This document shows positions 21,889 to 32,334 of a stretch of 38,159 nucleotides of DNA, piece by piece. Source of the stretch: an uncultured Nitrososphaeraceae archaeon (GTDB taxonomy: Archaea; Thermoproteota; Nitrososphaeria; Nitrososphaerales; Nitrososphaeraceae); assembly GCA_963837175.1 (NCBI GenBank), contig CAWIMJ010000049.1, positions 1 through 38,159 on the forward strand, written 5' to 3'. Position 1 is the stretch's first letter; each line of letters starts with the position of its first letter. The notes beneath the pieces were generated by a model. It had not been told where the DNA came from. It did not search any database and worked only from the letters and a program-made list of their open reading frames with translations. The translations under genes and the position numbers were made by a program.

Positions 21889-21956
21889 TGTTTTCTCTTG
21901 TTATCATTTGATACCGGTTTTGTTATCTCTGTTATCATCTGTTTCCAACTGTTACC
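21889..21956. promoter_or_regulatory. Array of seven phased TGTTAYC-like heptamers upstream of the HTH gene
   Basis: Units start at 21889, 21899, 21909, 21921, 21930, 21940 and 21950. The array abuts a minus-strand TATA-like CTTTAAG at 21881-21887. Confidence 0.6.
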
Positions 21957-22215
21957 ATTGCACAGTATTTGAATTCAGTGTATCTGTAATAATCCTGACA
22001 TATGTATACTAAATATTATTACAATTTCTTTTGAAATTAGATCTCGACATAATATAGACATTATTTGTTTCATCAGGTCACTGTTTTATACTGACGAATT
22101 ACATTATTCAATCATTCCACTAATAGAACTTTTTATATAATCATTTAACAAAAACTAGGTAAAACATACAAAATGATGGATACTATAACAAAGCAATTGT
22201 GATAATACTATATTA

Positions 22216-23358
22216 TTAATTTCCTTTTAATAAGGTATGAATTACGTTTTTAAACTCTTCATCATTCAATGGTGGAATATTTGCAAGCTTCAGGTTTTGT
22301 TCAATGTGTTGTGGCTTCTTGTAACCTATAAGCGACGCAATAACTGAAGGACTAGAGCGTATTACCTGAACCAGTTTCGTTACTTGATCAGTTAAGCCCA
22401 TATAATCAGGAATCTGGGCTTTAAGCAATCTGCTCTGAAATAATGGAATACTAGTAAATACTTTTATATTCAATTTCTCAGCAGCTTCTAATATTGTCAA
22501 ATTTTTTTCTGTACCTACATTTTGACCTTTGAGTAATAATGCTTCGCTATAAGCTAGATTATATGGTAGTTGAATAAACCTAAATCCATGTTGCTTGCCT
22601 CCTACTTTTTCAGCTAGACTAACTACTTCTTCTAAAGATAAATATTCTTTATTATCAAAAGGTACTCTAAAACAGGTCCATGTAGCCATTCCATAATAGC
22701 GGATCTTGTTAATTGATCTGTATCTTTCATATACTTCAAATACTCTGCTAAGCATTTGCATAAATTCCTCTCTCTTAATGTCCTCATGCCAGCTTTCAAA
22801 TGCATTGTGAATGTATACTAAGTCAATAGCACTCAGATGCATATTAGTTAATGATTTCTCGATACATCTTTCAATATAGTTAGGATTGAGAACATTATAG
22901 CCAGAGCTTATTTCATCAGGCTTTATTATCCCAGTGGAGATGAACATTCTTTGCATGTATTCCATTACATCTATGCTTGGATAGTCGCCATCGTTTGTAA
23001 TGTATCCATTCTTAGTACAAATAAAAACTTGATCTCTTGATATAACGCCTTCTTTTCTCAAACGTAACAATGCTCTACCTATGCATCTCTCGGACTTCAT
23101 AGCACGATAATTAATAGCTGTATCTATAACATTTATAGCACCAGATTTTATTGACTCATAGACTGCATTTTCCATAGCATTATCATCTACTGTGCTGAGG
23201 TCACCCAGATATGTGCCCATGCCAATACTTGATAAATATAACCCATCAAAAAGACGAAAGTGATTAGAAGGCTTTCCTCTTTGAATTGCATATTCCATAT
23301 ATCTTTTCGTTCCACTATCAGTTGCATATCCGTTTAGTACTTCATATGTGCCAGACAA
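22216..23358 (-). CDS. Aldo/keto reductase
   Basis: IGMGTY, IDTAINY, CTKNG, DLVYIHN and IQLPYN. Confidence 0.92.
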   Translation of the reverse strand: MSGTYEVLNGYATDSGTKRYMEYAIQRGKPSNHFRLFDGLYLSSIGMGTYLGDLSTVDDNAMENAVYESIKSGAINVIDTAINYRAMKSERCIGRALLRLRKEGVISRDQVFICTKNGYITNDGDYPSIDVMEYMQRMFISTGIIKPDEISSGYNVLNPNYIERCIEKSLTNMHLSAIDLVYIHNAFESWHEDIKREEFMQMLSRVFEVYERYRSINKIRYYGMATWTCFRVPFDNKEYLSLEEVVSLAEKVGGKQHGFRFIQLPYNLAYSEALLLKGQNVGTEKNLTILEAAEKLNIKVFTSIPLFQSRLLKAQIPDYMGLTDQVTKLVQVIRSSPSVIASLIGYKKPQHIEQNLKLANIPPLNDEEFKNVIHTLLKGN

Positions 23359-23630
23359 TTATTCCAAGTCACTTTATAGAATCTCTGAAATTAATATTTT
23401 GATAATATTTACATCGTATAAAAGTTACGTTGGGTTATTTGACCTTTATATTTTAGATATTTTTAATATATTAGTAAATAACCTCCAATGCGTACGAGGA
23501 AATGATAGCATACATTTCATGTTTGGAGATGAAAATTCTTAATAATTAGATTATATCCTATTCACATCAGGTTATTCAATTTGTCCGAAAACTACGAAAA
23601 TTTTAAAAAAAAATTTCGAGGAGAGACTTT

Positions 23631-24995
23631 ATGAAACTAATGGGAGCCGGTTCATTATTCATGGGGTTAGGTGCATTAGGTGCATTAGGAATTCCGAACT
23701 TTCTCAAAACTTTCGAAGCATCGGCGGGTAAAACGGGTTCGCAAGTAGTTAGTGGGATAAATTCTTCTAATTCTACTAATACGACTACGTCCCTTCCAGC
23801 GGGAGGATCTGAATCCCAAAGTACGAATATTCGTCCTTTTCAGGTGAATGTTCCTGAAGAGGAACTTACCGAATTGCGCAGGCGCATTAAGGCGACAAGG
23901 TTCCCTGAACGGGAAACGGTCACGGATGCATCGCAAGGTGTTCAGCTCGCGACGCTTCAGAAACTCGCGCAGTATTGGGGTACAGATTACGATTGGCGCA
24001 AGGTCGAATCGAGACTCAAGGCACTGCCGCAGTTCATAACAAACATTGATGGCCTAGACATTCATTTCATCCACGTTCGTTCGAAACATGAAAATGCGTT
24101 GCCGCTCATTGTCACGCACGGATGGCCCGGCTCCGTAATAGAGCAATTGAAGATTATCGATCCCCTGACCAATCCCACGGCACATGGCGCAAGCGCATCT
24201 GACGCCTTCGATATCGTGATTCCATCGATGCCGGGCTACGGGTTCTCAGGGAAGCCCACCACGACTGGCTGGGGCCCCGACCGCATTGCACGCGCGTGGA
24301 CAGAACTCATGAAACGCCTTGGATACACGAAGTTTGTGGCTGCAGGCGGCGATTGGGGTGGGGTTATTACTGACCTGATGGGTGCTCAAGCACCTCCGGA
24401 ATTGATTGGGATTCACACTAACTTTCCTGGCATTTTTCCGCCCGAGATTGACAAGGCGCTCCGGATCGGCGGCCCGCTGCCGCCTAATCTCTCAGCCGAG
24501 GAAAAAGCCGCGGCCGACAGGTTAGCCGACACATACAAACATGTAGGCTACGCAATCTGGCTGGGTTCGACCCCGCAAGATGCGATAGGATTGGTCGATT
24601 CACCAGTGGCCTTAGCAGCCTTCCTAATTGACCATGACCCGCGCAGCTATGCTCTGATAGCACGTTCATTTGACGGAGTCCCTGAAGGTCTTACACCAGA
24701 CGATATACTAGACAACATTACGCACTATTGGCTGACGAACACGGGGGTTTCTTCGGGACGTCTCTATTGGGAATACAAGGGCAGCTACTTCGACGTCAAA
24801 AATGTCTCGATCCCTGTCGCTGTCAGCTTCTTCCCTGACGAGATTTATACTATGCCACGAAGCTGGGCGGAGCAAGCGTATCCCAAACTTATCTACTATA
24901 ACAAGGTCCCCAAGGGAGGACACTTTGCGGCATGGGAACAGCCGCAACTCTATTCCGAAGAGGTTCGCGCGGGCTTGAGACCTCTGCGCCAATAG
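23631..24995 (+). CDS. Epoxide hydrolase (alpha/beta hydrolase with EHN domain) with Tat-type leader
   Basis: HGWPGS, PGYGFS, GGDWG and GGHFAAWEQP. SRRDF is encoded in frame immediately before the ATG. Confidence 0.93.
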   Translation: MKLMGAGSLFMGLGALGALGIPNFLKTFEASAGKTGSQVVSGINSSNSTNTTTSLPAGGSESQSTNIRPFQVNVPEEELTELRRRIKATRFPERETVTDASQGVQLATLQKLAQYWGTDYDWRKVESRLKALPQFITNIDGLDIHFIHVRSKHENALPLIVTHGWPGSVIEQLKIIDPLTNPTAHGASASDAFDIVIPSMPGYGFSGKPTTTGWGPDRIARAWTELMKRLGYTKFVAAGGDWGGVITDLMGAQAPPELIGIHTNFPGIFPPEIDKALRIGGPLPPNLSAEEKAAADRLADTYKHVGYAIWLGSTPQDAIGLVDSPVALAAFLIDHDPRSYALIARSFDGVPEGLTPDDILDNITHYWLTNTGVSSGRLYWEYKGSYFDVKNVSIPVAVSFFPDEIYTMPRSWAEQAYPKLIYYNKVPKGGHFAAWEQPQLYSEEVRAGLRPLRQ

Positions 24996-25231
24996 CAGAG
25001 CAGAGAATTTCCTGATTCCTTCAAGTTTGACCGCATTCCGCGATCTTTTTGATTAAACCTGCCGTTGCTTCAAAATCAACGACGGAAATTGATGCTCTAC
25101 CGTTAAAATCATGATCAAAACTACTTTTCTAATAATTGGTATTGCGATAATCTCTATTGGCTTTATACCGTTATTTGAATATGGGTCAGAACGCCCTAAA
25201 CGATGGATAGAAGGAAGAGAAGTATGTACAA

Positions 25232-25410
25232 TATCCCCCAGTATAATCGGAATCCCCGGATTTACAATTTTGAGCATTATTTTGACTGTTTGCTGCCAGG
25301 GATATGTCAGGCGATATTGAATCAATATCCCAGGTGATATCACCGGGATTTTCAAGCTGAAATTATGCTTGATTTGGATCTTCCGGGGATACCTAGTATT
25401 CCGGCGATAT
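25232..25410. repeat. Cluster of CCGGNGATA-like 9-mers in both orientations
   Basis: Copies near 25232, 25252, 25296, 25308, 25326, 25331, 25338, 25383 and 25401. Confidence 0.55.
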
Positions 25411-25630
25411 TTTCCTTATCTCTATTTTCCTTGTGTTAGTTGTTGTATCAACTGGTCTTTCTATTATAATTCCTATTTCCCTTAGGTTAGTCTTTACTTC
25501 ATTTAATCTACGGCTTAAACTGTTTGGAGCAGTACGCCACAATCCGTTGCTTTTTGTCTTTATCTTTAGAGAATCTGCAACTGGCTGCAGTTCATTGAGC
25601 AATTTAGTAATAGTCCCATTCCATCCATTG
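25393..25630 (-). pseudogene. C-terminal remnant of a putative mobile-element replication (primase/helicase-type) protein
   Basis: WNGTITKLLNEL...WRTAPNSLSRRLNEVKTNLREIGI is a winged-helix-like tail. The family call is from recollection only. Confidence 0.45.
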
Positions 25631-25729
25631 CTGTTGTCTCCTTCTCCTACTAAAACAAGTCACATGTATAATAATCAGATATTCTCAAGCTATATGTTTA
25701 TCTATTTTTGGATAGGCTCTTATTCCATT

Positions 25730-26168
25730 TAACTCAATTGCTTCTTTAAACCACTCAGGCAAAATATTTCTATTCTTTTTTACAAAGTAAATGCTGAATT
25801 TAAAATGTATGTCTTTGCCCAGTCTTCCTTTGACCTTACGGATCTACCATATGTCTGTACTAGTTTCAATGCTGTTTGCCAGTCGTACCAATCTTTACCT
25901 AACTTACTTTTTGCATTGATCCACCTATCACCTAAATTAGCGTATGGAACTTTGGTTATAATTTGAAATCTGGAAAGATCATCTTTTAAGTCAAGTCCCG
26001 TGTTAAAAGATGGAGAGATAAGGACTGTAGGTTTTGTGGTGCTGTTGATATGTTCTGCTATAACTTCGTCTCTTTGTATATCAGGATCAGTTACTAGCAG
26101 ACGCCCTGTATTTTCCTGCGATATATTTTCTCTTATGAAGTTTAGTTGCTCATAAGATGTAGTATGGG
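25730..26168 (-). pseudogene. DinG/XPD-type helicase C-terminal domain remnant
   Basis: HTTSY...VLISPSFNTGLDLKDDLSRFQIITKVPY...LVQTYGRSVRSKEDWAKTYIL. No N-terminal ATPase domain; frameshift near 25785. Confidence 0.8.
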
Positions 26169-26496
26169 AACTTAATTCCTCTGAACCTGCTAATCACACA
26201 CTTTGTAAACAAACTTTCTCCTAGAGATGTATTAAAAATTATTCCGATATCACTAGAAATATCGTATCATAATATTAATAAAAAGACAGATAACTTTACT
26301 AATGATTGGAACGCTTTCACTACTCATCTGTCTAAAATGATTCAAAAGCTAAAAAGTCTTTTGAACATAATTTTGGATCTATTATCACATCTTGAATAGC
26401 CATTATTGATCTAATTTGTATCTATAATATTAGAAAGTAAAAATTGGATAATTATCATCATTAATAGCCTATAAATACTTACAGTAGGATGTATCA

Positions 26497-27114
26497 ATGA
26501 TATTCAAACATTCGTTCATAGTATTGGTGGGAGTATTATTATTAATAATAATAATAATATCAATTCCACTTGACATTACTTCAAGAATCCATCTTCAGCC
26601 AGCAGGCGCAACAAAGGATGCTATTTTTGGTGACATCTTAAACAATACTAACAAACATACTACTACAACAACAATCACAAGTCCAACCAATAATACCAAT
26701 AGAACAGCAAAAGGTCCTACAACATATGAGATGACACATATTTTTGAAAAATCTTTTGCAAAACTTGTTAATGATACTAGATCTTTATCTCTTTCTTATC
26801 AGGATGAAATAGGCAAATGGCAATTAAATCAACATGATAACGGATCTATGATAACAATTACTAATGACTATTTGCTAAAATTTCAACAGATAGCGGAGAG
26901 AGTCCAAGGATTAATACCTCCTTCTGAAGGATACAGGAGGGCACTTGATCTTTTTGCCGAATCCATTCAATCGGAAATGGCAAGCCACAGGCACTTTCGA
27001 AATTTTTTAGCTACTGGTGATCCAAAAGAAGATGAAAGGTCAATTCAACTTTTCTCAGATGCTTTTAAGTATGAAAAGGAAGCATTTGATGCTTTCAAGA
27101 CAGCTACTAACTAA
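26497..27114 (+). CDS. Secreted or membrane-anchored hypothetical helical protein
   Basis: Hydrophobic N-terminus, Thr/Asn-rich linker, amphipathic helices. Confidence 0.8.
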   Translation: MIFKHSFIVLVGVLLLIIIIISIPLDITSRIHLQPAGATKDAIFGDILNNTNKHTTTTTITSPTNNTNRTAKGPTTYEMTHIFEKSFAKLVNDTRSLSLSYQDEIGKWQLNQHDNGSMITITNDYLLKFQQIAERVQGLIPPSEGYRRALDLFAESIQSEMASHRHFRNFLATGDPKEDERSIQLFSDAFKYEKEAFDAFKTATN

Positions 27115-27716
27115 TATATTTTTTACATAGGTATTGAAAGGCTTAAGGTCTATTATAAGTTAAATCAGATCAAGCTTATATTTTCGCTAAAATTTTTGAT
27201 TATTTTTGTCGAGTTGTTAGTATCCTATTGTAAAGCAATGTATATTGAATGAATGGATATCGACTCGCAGATAGGTTAACATTCTAAACTGTCAATCACG
27301 TTATCAAGAATTGAGATAAGTACAATCGGAGACGCTTGACATCTTCCTATTGTCCAAAAACCATCTTTGCTCTGAAATATTGACAAATTACTAGTTTATA
27401 ATCGATTGTTGTTTGTTACCACTCCATGTCCATATAGATGATATTAATAAAGGAATATTTAAAGCTCCATGTTCTATAATTGAAAAAAATACTTAAGTTT
27501 CATTTGACAAAGATATAATTTAAAATGGCTTAATCAATGACTGGCTTAAAGTTAATTAAACTTTAGAAGATAAATAATCAAAACTCTCTATAACTTCTCA
27601 GATACTTTTCTAGGATATAAAAATACTATTAGCATAGAAATATCAAGGCTATCATATAATAAAAATGATGTTCATTAAATTTAAAAGAGCGAATAAGCTT
27701 ATATAATATTACTATC

Positions 27717-28133
27717 ATGCGCCCTTCATCTATATTCCTACGACCTTTACTTATTTATGACGACAAATGTTCTTCATGTGGAAAATTTGCACAGATTGCA
27801 AGTATTTTATCACGAGGATGGATACGCACAGCAGGACATTATTATTCAGAGGAAGCAAAAAATGCTAAGAAGTTAATATTTCCACCAAATTACGATCCAA
27901 CAAAGATGTTTTGGTTGATTAATGAAAATGGTGCATTTGGGGCAAGGTCTGGTTTATTACCAGTTATGAAAGAGATAATCAAAGGGATCTTTAAGGGTGG
28001 AAAGAATCTTGACAATTATAATATAGTATGCGGTTATACTAAAGAGATGTCCTGTATCTCTACAAAAAATACAATAAAAAGAATTGCCAACATGATGAGA
28101 ACTAGTGATAAGTTTGCTTTTCAAAATTATTAG
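27717..28133 (+). CDS. DCC1/DUF393-like thiol-disulfide oxidoreductase
   Basis: N-terminal LLIYDDKCSSC (DxxCxxC motif). Confidence 0.7.
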   Translation: MRPSSIFLRPLLIYDDKCSSCGKFAQIASILSRGWIRTAGHYYSEEAKNAKKLIFPPNYDPTKMFWLINENGAFGARSGLLPVMKEIIKGIFKGGKNLDNYNIVCGYTKEMSCISTKNTIKRIANMMRTSDKFAFQNY

Positions 28134-28159
28134 TTAGAGTTATAGCATTTGTGCTGATA

Positions 28160-28660
28160 AAAATTTCAATCTATGACGCTTATAAAGCACTTGGAGTATT
28201 GGTTATCTCATGATTATCCATGAATAAATCTTTAGTGAGTATGTTTGCTTTATATTTTCACTTTAGAGATGATGCATCATCATTTATTACAAAATGCTGA
28301 ATTGTTATTCTTATTAAAAAAAGCAGAGTTCAGATTCATATTCATCATATCCCATTCTCTTCCATAAAGTTCTGCTACACTCTTGCCAAGGCTATAATCC
28401 CATATGTTATTAACCAGTATCTTAATATTAGTATATCGTTCAATGATGATAGAAATTGGTTATTACTTGGTCTTCTTATGTTTTATCTGCTCTAATAAGT
28501 TCTGCATCTATGACTTGTTAAAGTTCCCTATTCTTCGTTAGTAATATAAAATTCTATTGTTGTTGCATTTGATCTAACAAAAACTTTTGTTAACTCTCTA
28601 TCTAAAGCCCTGTTCCACAGTTATTAACACGACTCTAAAATCATTTTATATCATCATCAT
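28160..28660 (-). pseudogene. Highly degraded short-chain dehydrogenase (SDR) remnant
   Basis: Scattered fragments RVVLIT, RELTKVF, IKILVNN and EWDMMNMNLNSA occur in SDR order. Confidence 0.4.
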
Positions 28661-28923
28661 AATTTGTCATATGATATCCGCAGCATTTATGTTTAAATCA
28701 ACTAAAAAATTAGTCATAGAATACTAGTTTTGGATCAAACATCAATCAATCTAAAAAATTAAAAGGTCCCACATTATTTTGGATATTATTATAATTAAGA
28801 TGTTTTAGAAGCCTATATGGAACAACACTCAAGCCAGACGACATAATAAAATCAGGATTTATTTTCTTTTTGTATAACTCTAGTAGGAAAGAAAATATCC
28901 GCAGCATAATGTATATTACGTTA

Positions 28924-29106
28924 TTAAACGCCGGTGGGTGCACGGTGTTTATCTGTTCTATGTTCTTGTAATTTGTCCGGTTGACTGAATTTTTCCATAC
29001 ACATATCGCAGATATACTCTGATTCGTCAGGTAGTTTATCAGTATGATTTATCTTTTCGTTAGGTGATGACAACAGAATATACTTTTGTCCTGCGTCTAT
29101 AAACAT
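28924..29106 (-). CDS. Small C2H2 zinc-finger protein
   Basis: YICDMCMEKFSQPDKLQEHRTDKH. Confidence 0.7.
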   Translation of the reverse strand: MFIDAGQKYILLSSPNEKINHTDKLPDESEYICDMCMEKFSQPDKLQEHRTDKHRAPTGV

Positions 29107-29619
29107 TTTGCTCAGTCATTGAACAAGTATTCAATCCAAAATAGTTTTGACATCAACCAATAAATCTTGGATTATTTTCGTTTATAGAAATATACATACT
29201 TACCAATAGTACTATGATTTAGTTTTGTTAGGATTGTTCAATATTATAAATATAGTATTAGGAGTGATAAGACATGCTTATGGCTGGGTACGATTACAGA
29301 CAGATGAGAGGATAGATAGAAAAAAAGATATATATTTTGAGCAAGTGAATTTATTGATACTGCAGTAAATTTTATAGAACACTATACACAAATAAATTAT
29401 CTCTGCTTATAATATGATATTTCTTAAAATATGGTATGGCTATTAAGAGTAGAATATTGACAGGTAATGCATATTAATGAAATAGTATATATGCTTACTT
29501 CCAACCACTGAAAGTTTAGCAACTAAAAGATGATGACGACAATTATAAAGAATAATAATAATAGCAGTACAACGGAAACAAAAAAACAACAGATGATAAC
29601 CATTATTACAATAATGAAA

Positions 29620-29982
29620 AAGTAATAATAGAAAAAACAAAGAGAAGAAGAGGAATTAAAATTAGAGAGAAAGATACTCATTGTAACAGATGGACTTAGA
29701 GATAATGTGGTTAAAAGATTAAGGAATCTTGAATTAAATAAAAATACAAATAAAAAAATATCATCATTATCATCGTCACTATCATCATCTTTATCATCAT
29801 CAAAAATAGGAAGACAGAACATTGAAACAATCTGTGATTACACAATCGCAATGATTGCAGAGATAAACCCCGGCTGTTATGCATAGAAAAAACCAGTTAG
29901 AGGTGTTATGCTATCTGTCTGAATTTTACAATAACCAGAAGCTATTCTCTGATAGAAACCGCAATGATTTCGCTCGTAGCTA
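29620..29982 (+). pseudogene. Second integrase N-terminal remnant
   Basis: LERKILIVTDGL...NIETICDYTIAMIAEINP / RKNQLEVLCYLSEF...KLFSDRNRNDF parallels the remnant at 8750-9920. Confidence 0.5.
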
Positions 29983-30021
29983 GACAGTCTGCATAAACTT
30001 GAAGCATCAGATTCAGAACAC

Positions 30022-30961
30022 AAATAGTTTATCGGAATCACTGGAATCAGTTATCAAATACCTCCAAAAGGTCGATATTCAAACTATAAGAACAGCAATT
30101 GAAGCATACCGCTGTTTTTAGCCTTATGGAAAAAGTGTAGAAGATTATGCAAGAGATGCAGCATTTGTACCTGAATCTTGTGAAGATGAGGTTATATATT
30201 AATAGATTTACGCAGTAAAGCTAGCCAATATAGCAGTGATGAGATAGGATCCAGAGAATCATATTTTAATGCAGAACAAAAGTATTGTTGCAAAAAATGC
30301 CGAATTATACTACAGAAAATGATGCAAGGTGGCACTGCCACATGGAATATACGTGATACTCATATGATGGATACCCTTAGACGCCTAATGGAGTTTCATG
30401 GTAAAGATAATAATGATGATGATGAAAAGTCGATTGTCTGGGCTCATAATACACACATAGATGACGCTAGGCAAACAGACACGGCAGATTTTAAAATGAT
30501 AAATATCGGACAGCTTGTACGCGAACATGCAACTGAGAAAAATATTGTCTTAGTTGGACTTTGGAACATATAAAGGAACTGTTATTGCTGCAAAAGGATG
30601 GGGAGAACAGATGCAAATGATGTATGTGCCTCCTGCAGTAGATGGAAGTTGGGATAATCTTATACATAGGCAAAGTAATGGAGCAATAGCCTTCTTATGT
30701 TTAGAGTTGACAATTCCAAAACTGAGAATATTGAAAGACTGCTTAATGAAGAAATGAGAAGTAAAAGAAAAAGCGGTCAAAGAGCAATTGGTGTAGTGTA
30801 TAACCCAGCATATGAGAGATATAAAAATTATGTACCTACTATTATTACAAAAAGATACGATGCATTTCTACATATTGATAACACATCTGCTTTACATCCA
30901 CTATATGCCAGAAATAAAAGAAGATGATAATCTTCCAGAGACTTTTCCTACTGGATCATAG
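30022..30961 (+). pseudogene. Erythromycin-esterase family pseudogene (5'-truncated)
   Basis: SCEDEV, WNIRDTHM, VWAHNTH, INIGQLVRE, RAIGVVY, RYDAF and ETFPTG lie across several frames. Confidence 0.85.
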
Positions 30962-31123
30962 CCATAATTTTTTTCAGAAATACCGTATTGCGAATCTACA
31001 AGAAAGAGATATAGTCAAGGACATTCTTCAGTTTTAAATGGTAAATGAGTATAACAGCAATGTTTCTATCATATTTTAGAACGGTTAAATTTGATGCGGT
31101 TTAATAGTTAACTGTACATAATA

Positions 31124-31303
31124 ATGAATTTAGATAATAATGCTAAATGGACACAATTTAGCGATAGTGTATGTACTTGCAAGTCGTGTAACCACAAGAT
31201 TGCAAGGGACTGTATGAAAGCCAATTGCAATTGCTGTACAGATGCAAATCATTCTATGGTTTTAGATGGAATAGAGGGATTTACTCCATCCCCACCTCGA
31301 TAA
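31124..31303 (+). CDS. 59-aa Cys-rich protein (metallothionein-like), not in the ORF track
   Basis: MNLDNNAKWTQFSDSVCTCKSCNHKIARDCMKANCNCCTDANHSMVLDGIEGFTPSPPR: 7 Cys and 2 His. Confidence 0.6.
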   Translation: MNLDNNAKWTQFSDSVCTCKSCNHKIARDCMKANCNCCTDANHSMVLDGIEGFTPSPPR

Positions 31304-31347
31304 AAATTATCACATCATGCAAATTAAAATTCGCTATGAATAATAAA

Positions 31348-31380
<33 letters not shown>

Positions 31381-31586
31381 GAAGAATCAGTTAGTTCTGG
31401 TTTCAGAAGATGGATGGGTAATGCAGGATTGCGGCAATCTAAACATCCCTAAAAACTCAAAAGGAAGTTTTTGTAGCGTAAGTGATAATATCGGATACAG
31501 CTCAAGAAGTAAATATGTCGCATAAATCTCAAGGAAGCATATGTATGTATTGCTATGCTACTTATAGATCTTACAAAAGAGTTTTA

Positions 31587-32273
31587 TTATGAGACCCTAT
31601 ATCCATATTTTTTCATTATCTCTTTTACTTCATAATCACTAACCTGAGAAAAATCCTGATAGAATTGTCCAACGGCTTCAAATGATAATGGAGAGTATAG
31701 AACTATCACTTCATCTGCTACTTGATTTAGATCATCTAAAATTGTGCGTGGTGCCACAGGTACAGCTATAACTGATTTTTTACAATGTTGCTTATTCTTT
31801 ATCCAATGTCCTGATGCGTGCATTGTCGCTCCTGTCGCAATACCGTCATCAACTAATACAACTATTTTATCGTCAAATTCATTGTCATATTTCTTGCTTC
31901 CTCTATAACTCATTAATCGACGATCTATTTCTTTTACCTGTTCATGAGCTTGTATCTGTATATATTCTTCTGGTATATTTAGCATATTTACGATTTCTTG
32001 ATTTATAAAATAACTACCATCAGGCATTGCAGCACCAATTGCAAGCTCTGGATTATTAGGAGCACCAATCTTTCGTGAAACAACTACATCGAGTTTAGCA
32101 TCAAATTCAGAGGCAATAACATCTCCAATAATTACTGCGTCACGAGGAATGGCTAAGATGACGGTACTTTGTTGCCTCCTTTCCTCTTTTAATCGATCTT
32201 GTTTAAGCCAAGATAATTTTTTTGCAAGTTTCTCGCCAGCGTCTATTCTGTTCTTAAATATTACTGAGTGCAT
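31587..32273 (-). CDS. Phosphoribosyltransferase family protein
   Basis: FKNRIDAG, RKIGAPNNPELAIGA, PRPP-binding motif VLVDDGIATGAT, and AVGQFYQDFSQVSD. Confidence 0.92.
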   Translation of the reverse strand: MHSVIFKNRIDAGEKLAKKLSWLKQDRLKEERRQQSTVILAIPRDAVIIGDVIASEFDAKLDVVVSRKIGAPNNPELAIGAAMPDGSYFINQEIVNMLNIPEEYIQIQAHEQVKEIDRRLMSYRGSKKYDNEFDDKIVVLVDDGIATGATMHASGHWIKNKQHCKKSVIAVPVAPRTILDDLNQVADEVIVLYSPLSFEAVGQFYQDFSQVSDYEVKEIMKKYGYRVS

Positions 32274-32334
32274 TTTTTATCCCATAAAAAGTAAAAATGT
32301 GTTATTTACCTTGTATTTTTTGTTCTTTTCCTTC

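Noticed and set aside
29443-29822. Minus-strand ORFs including a poly-Asp tract
   Set aside because: They arise from TCA repeats on the antisense of the integrase-like remnant.
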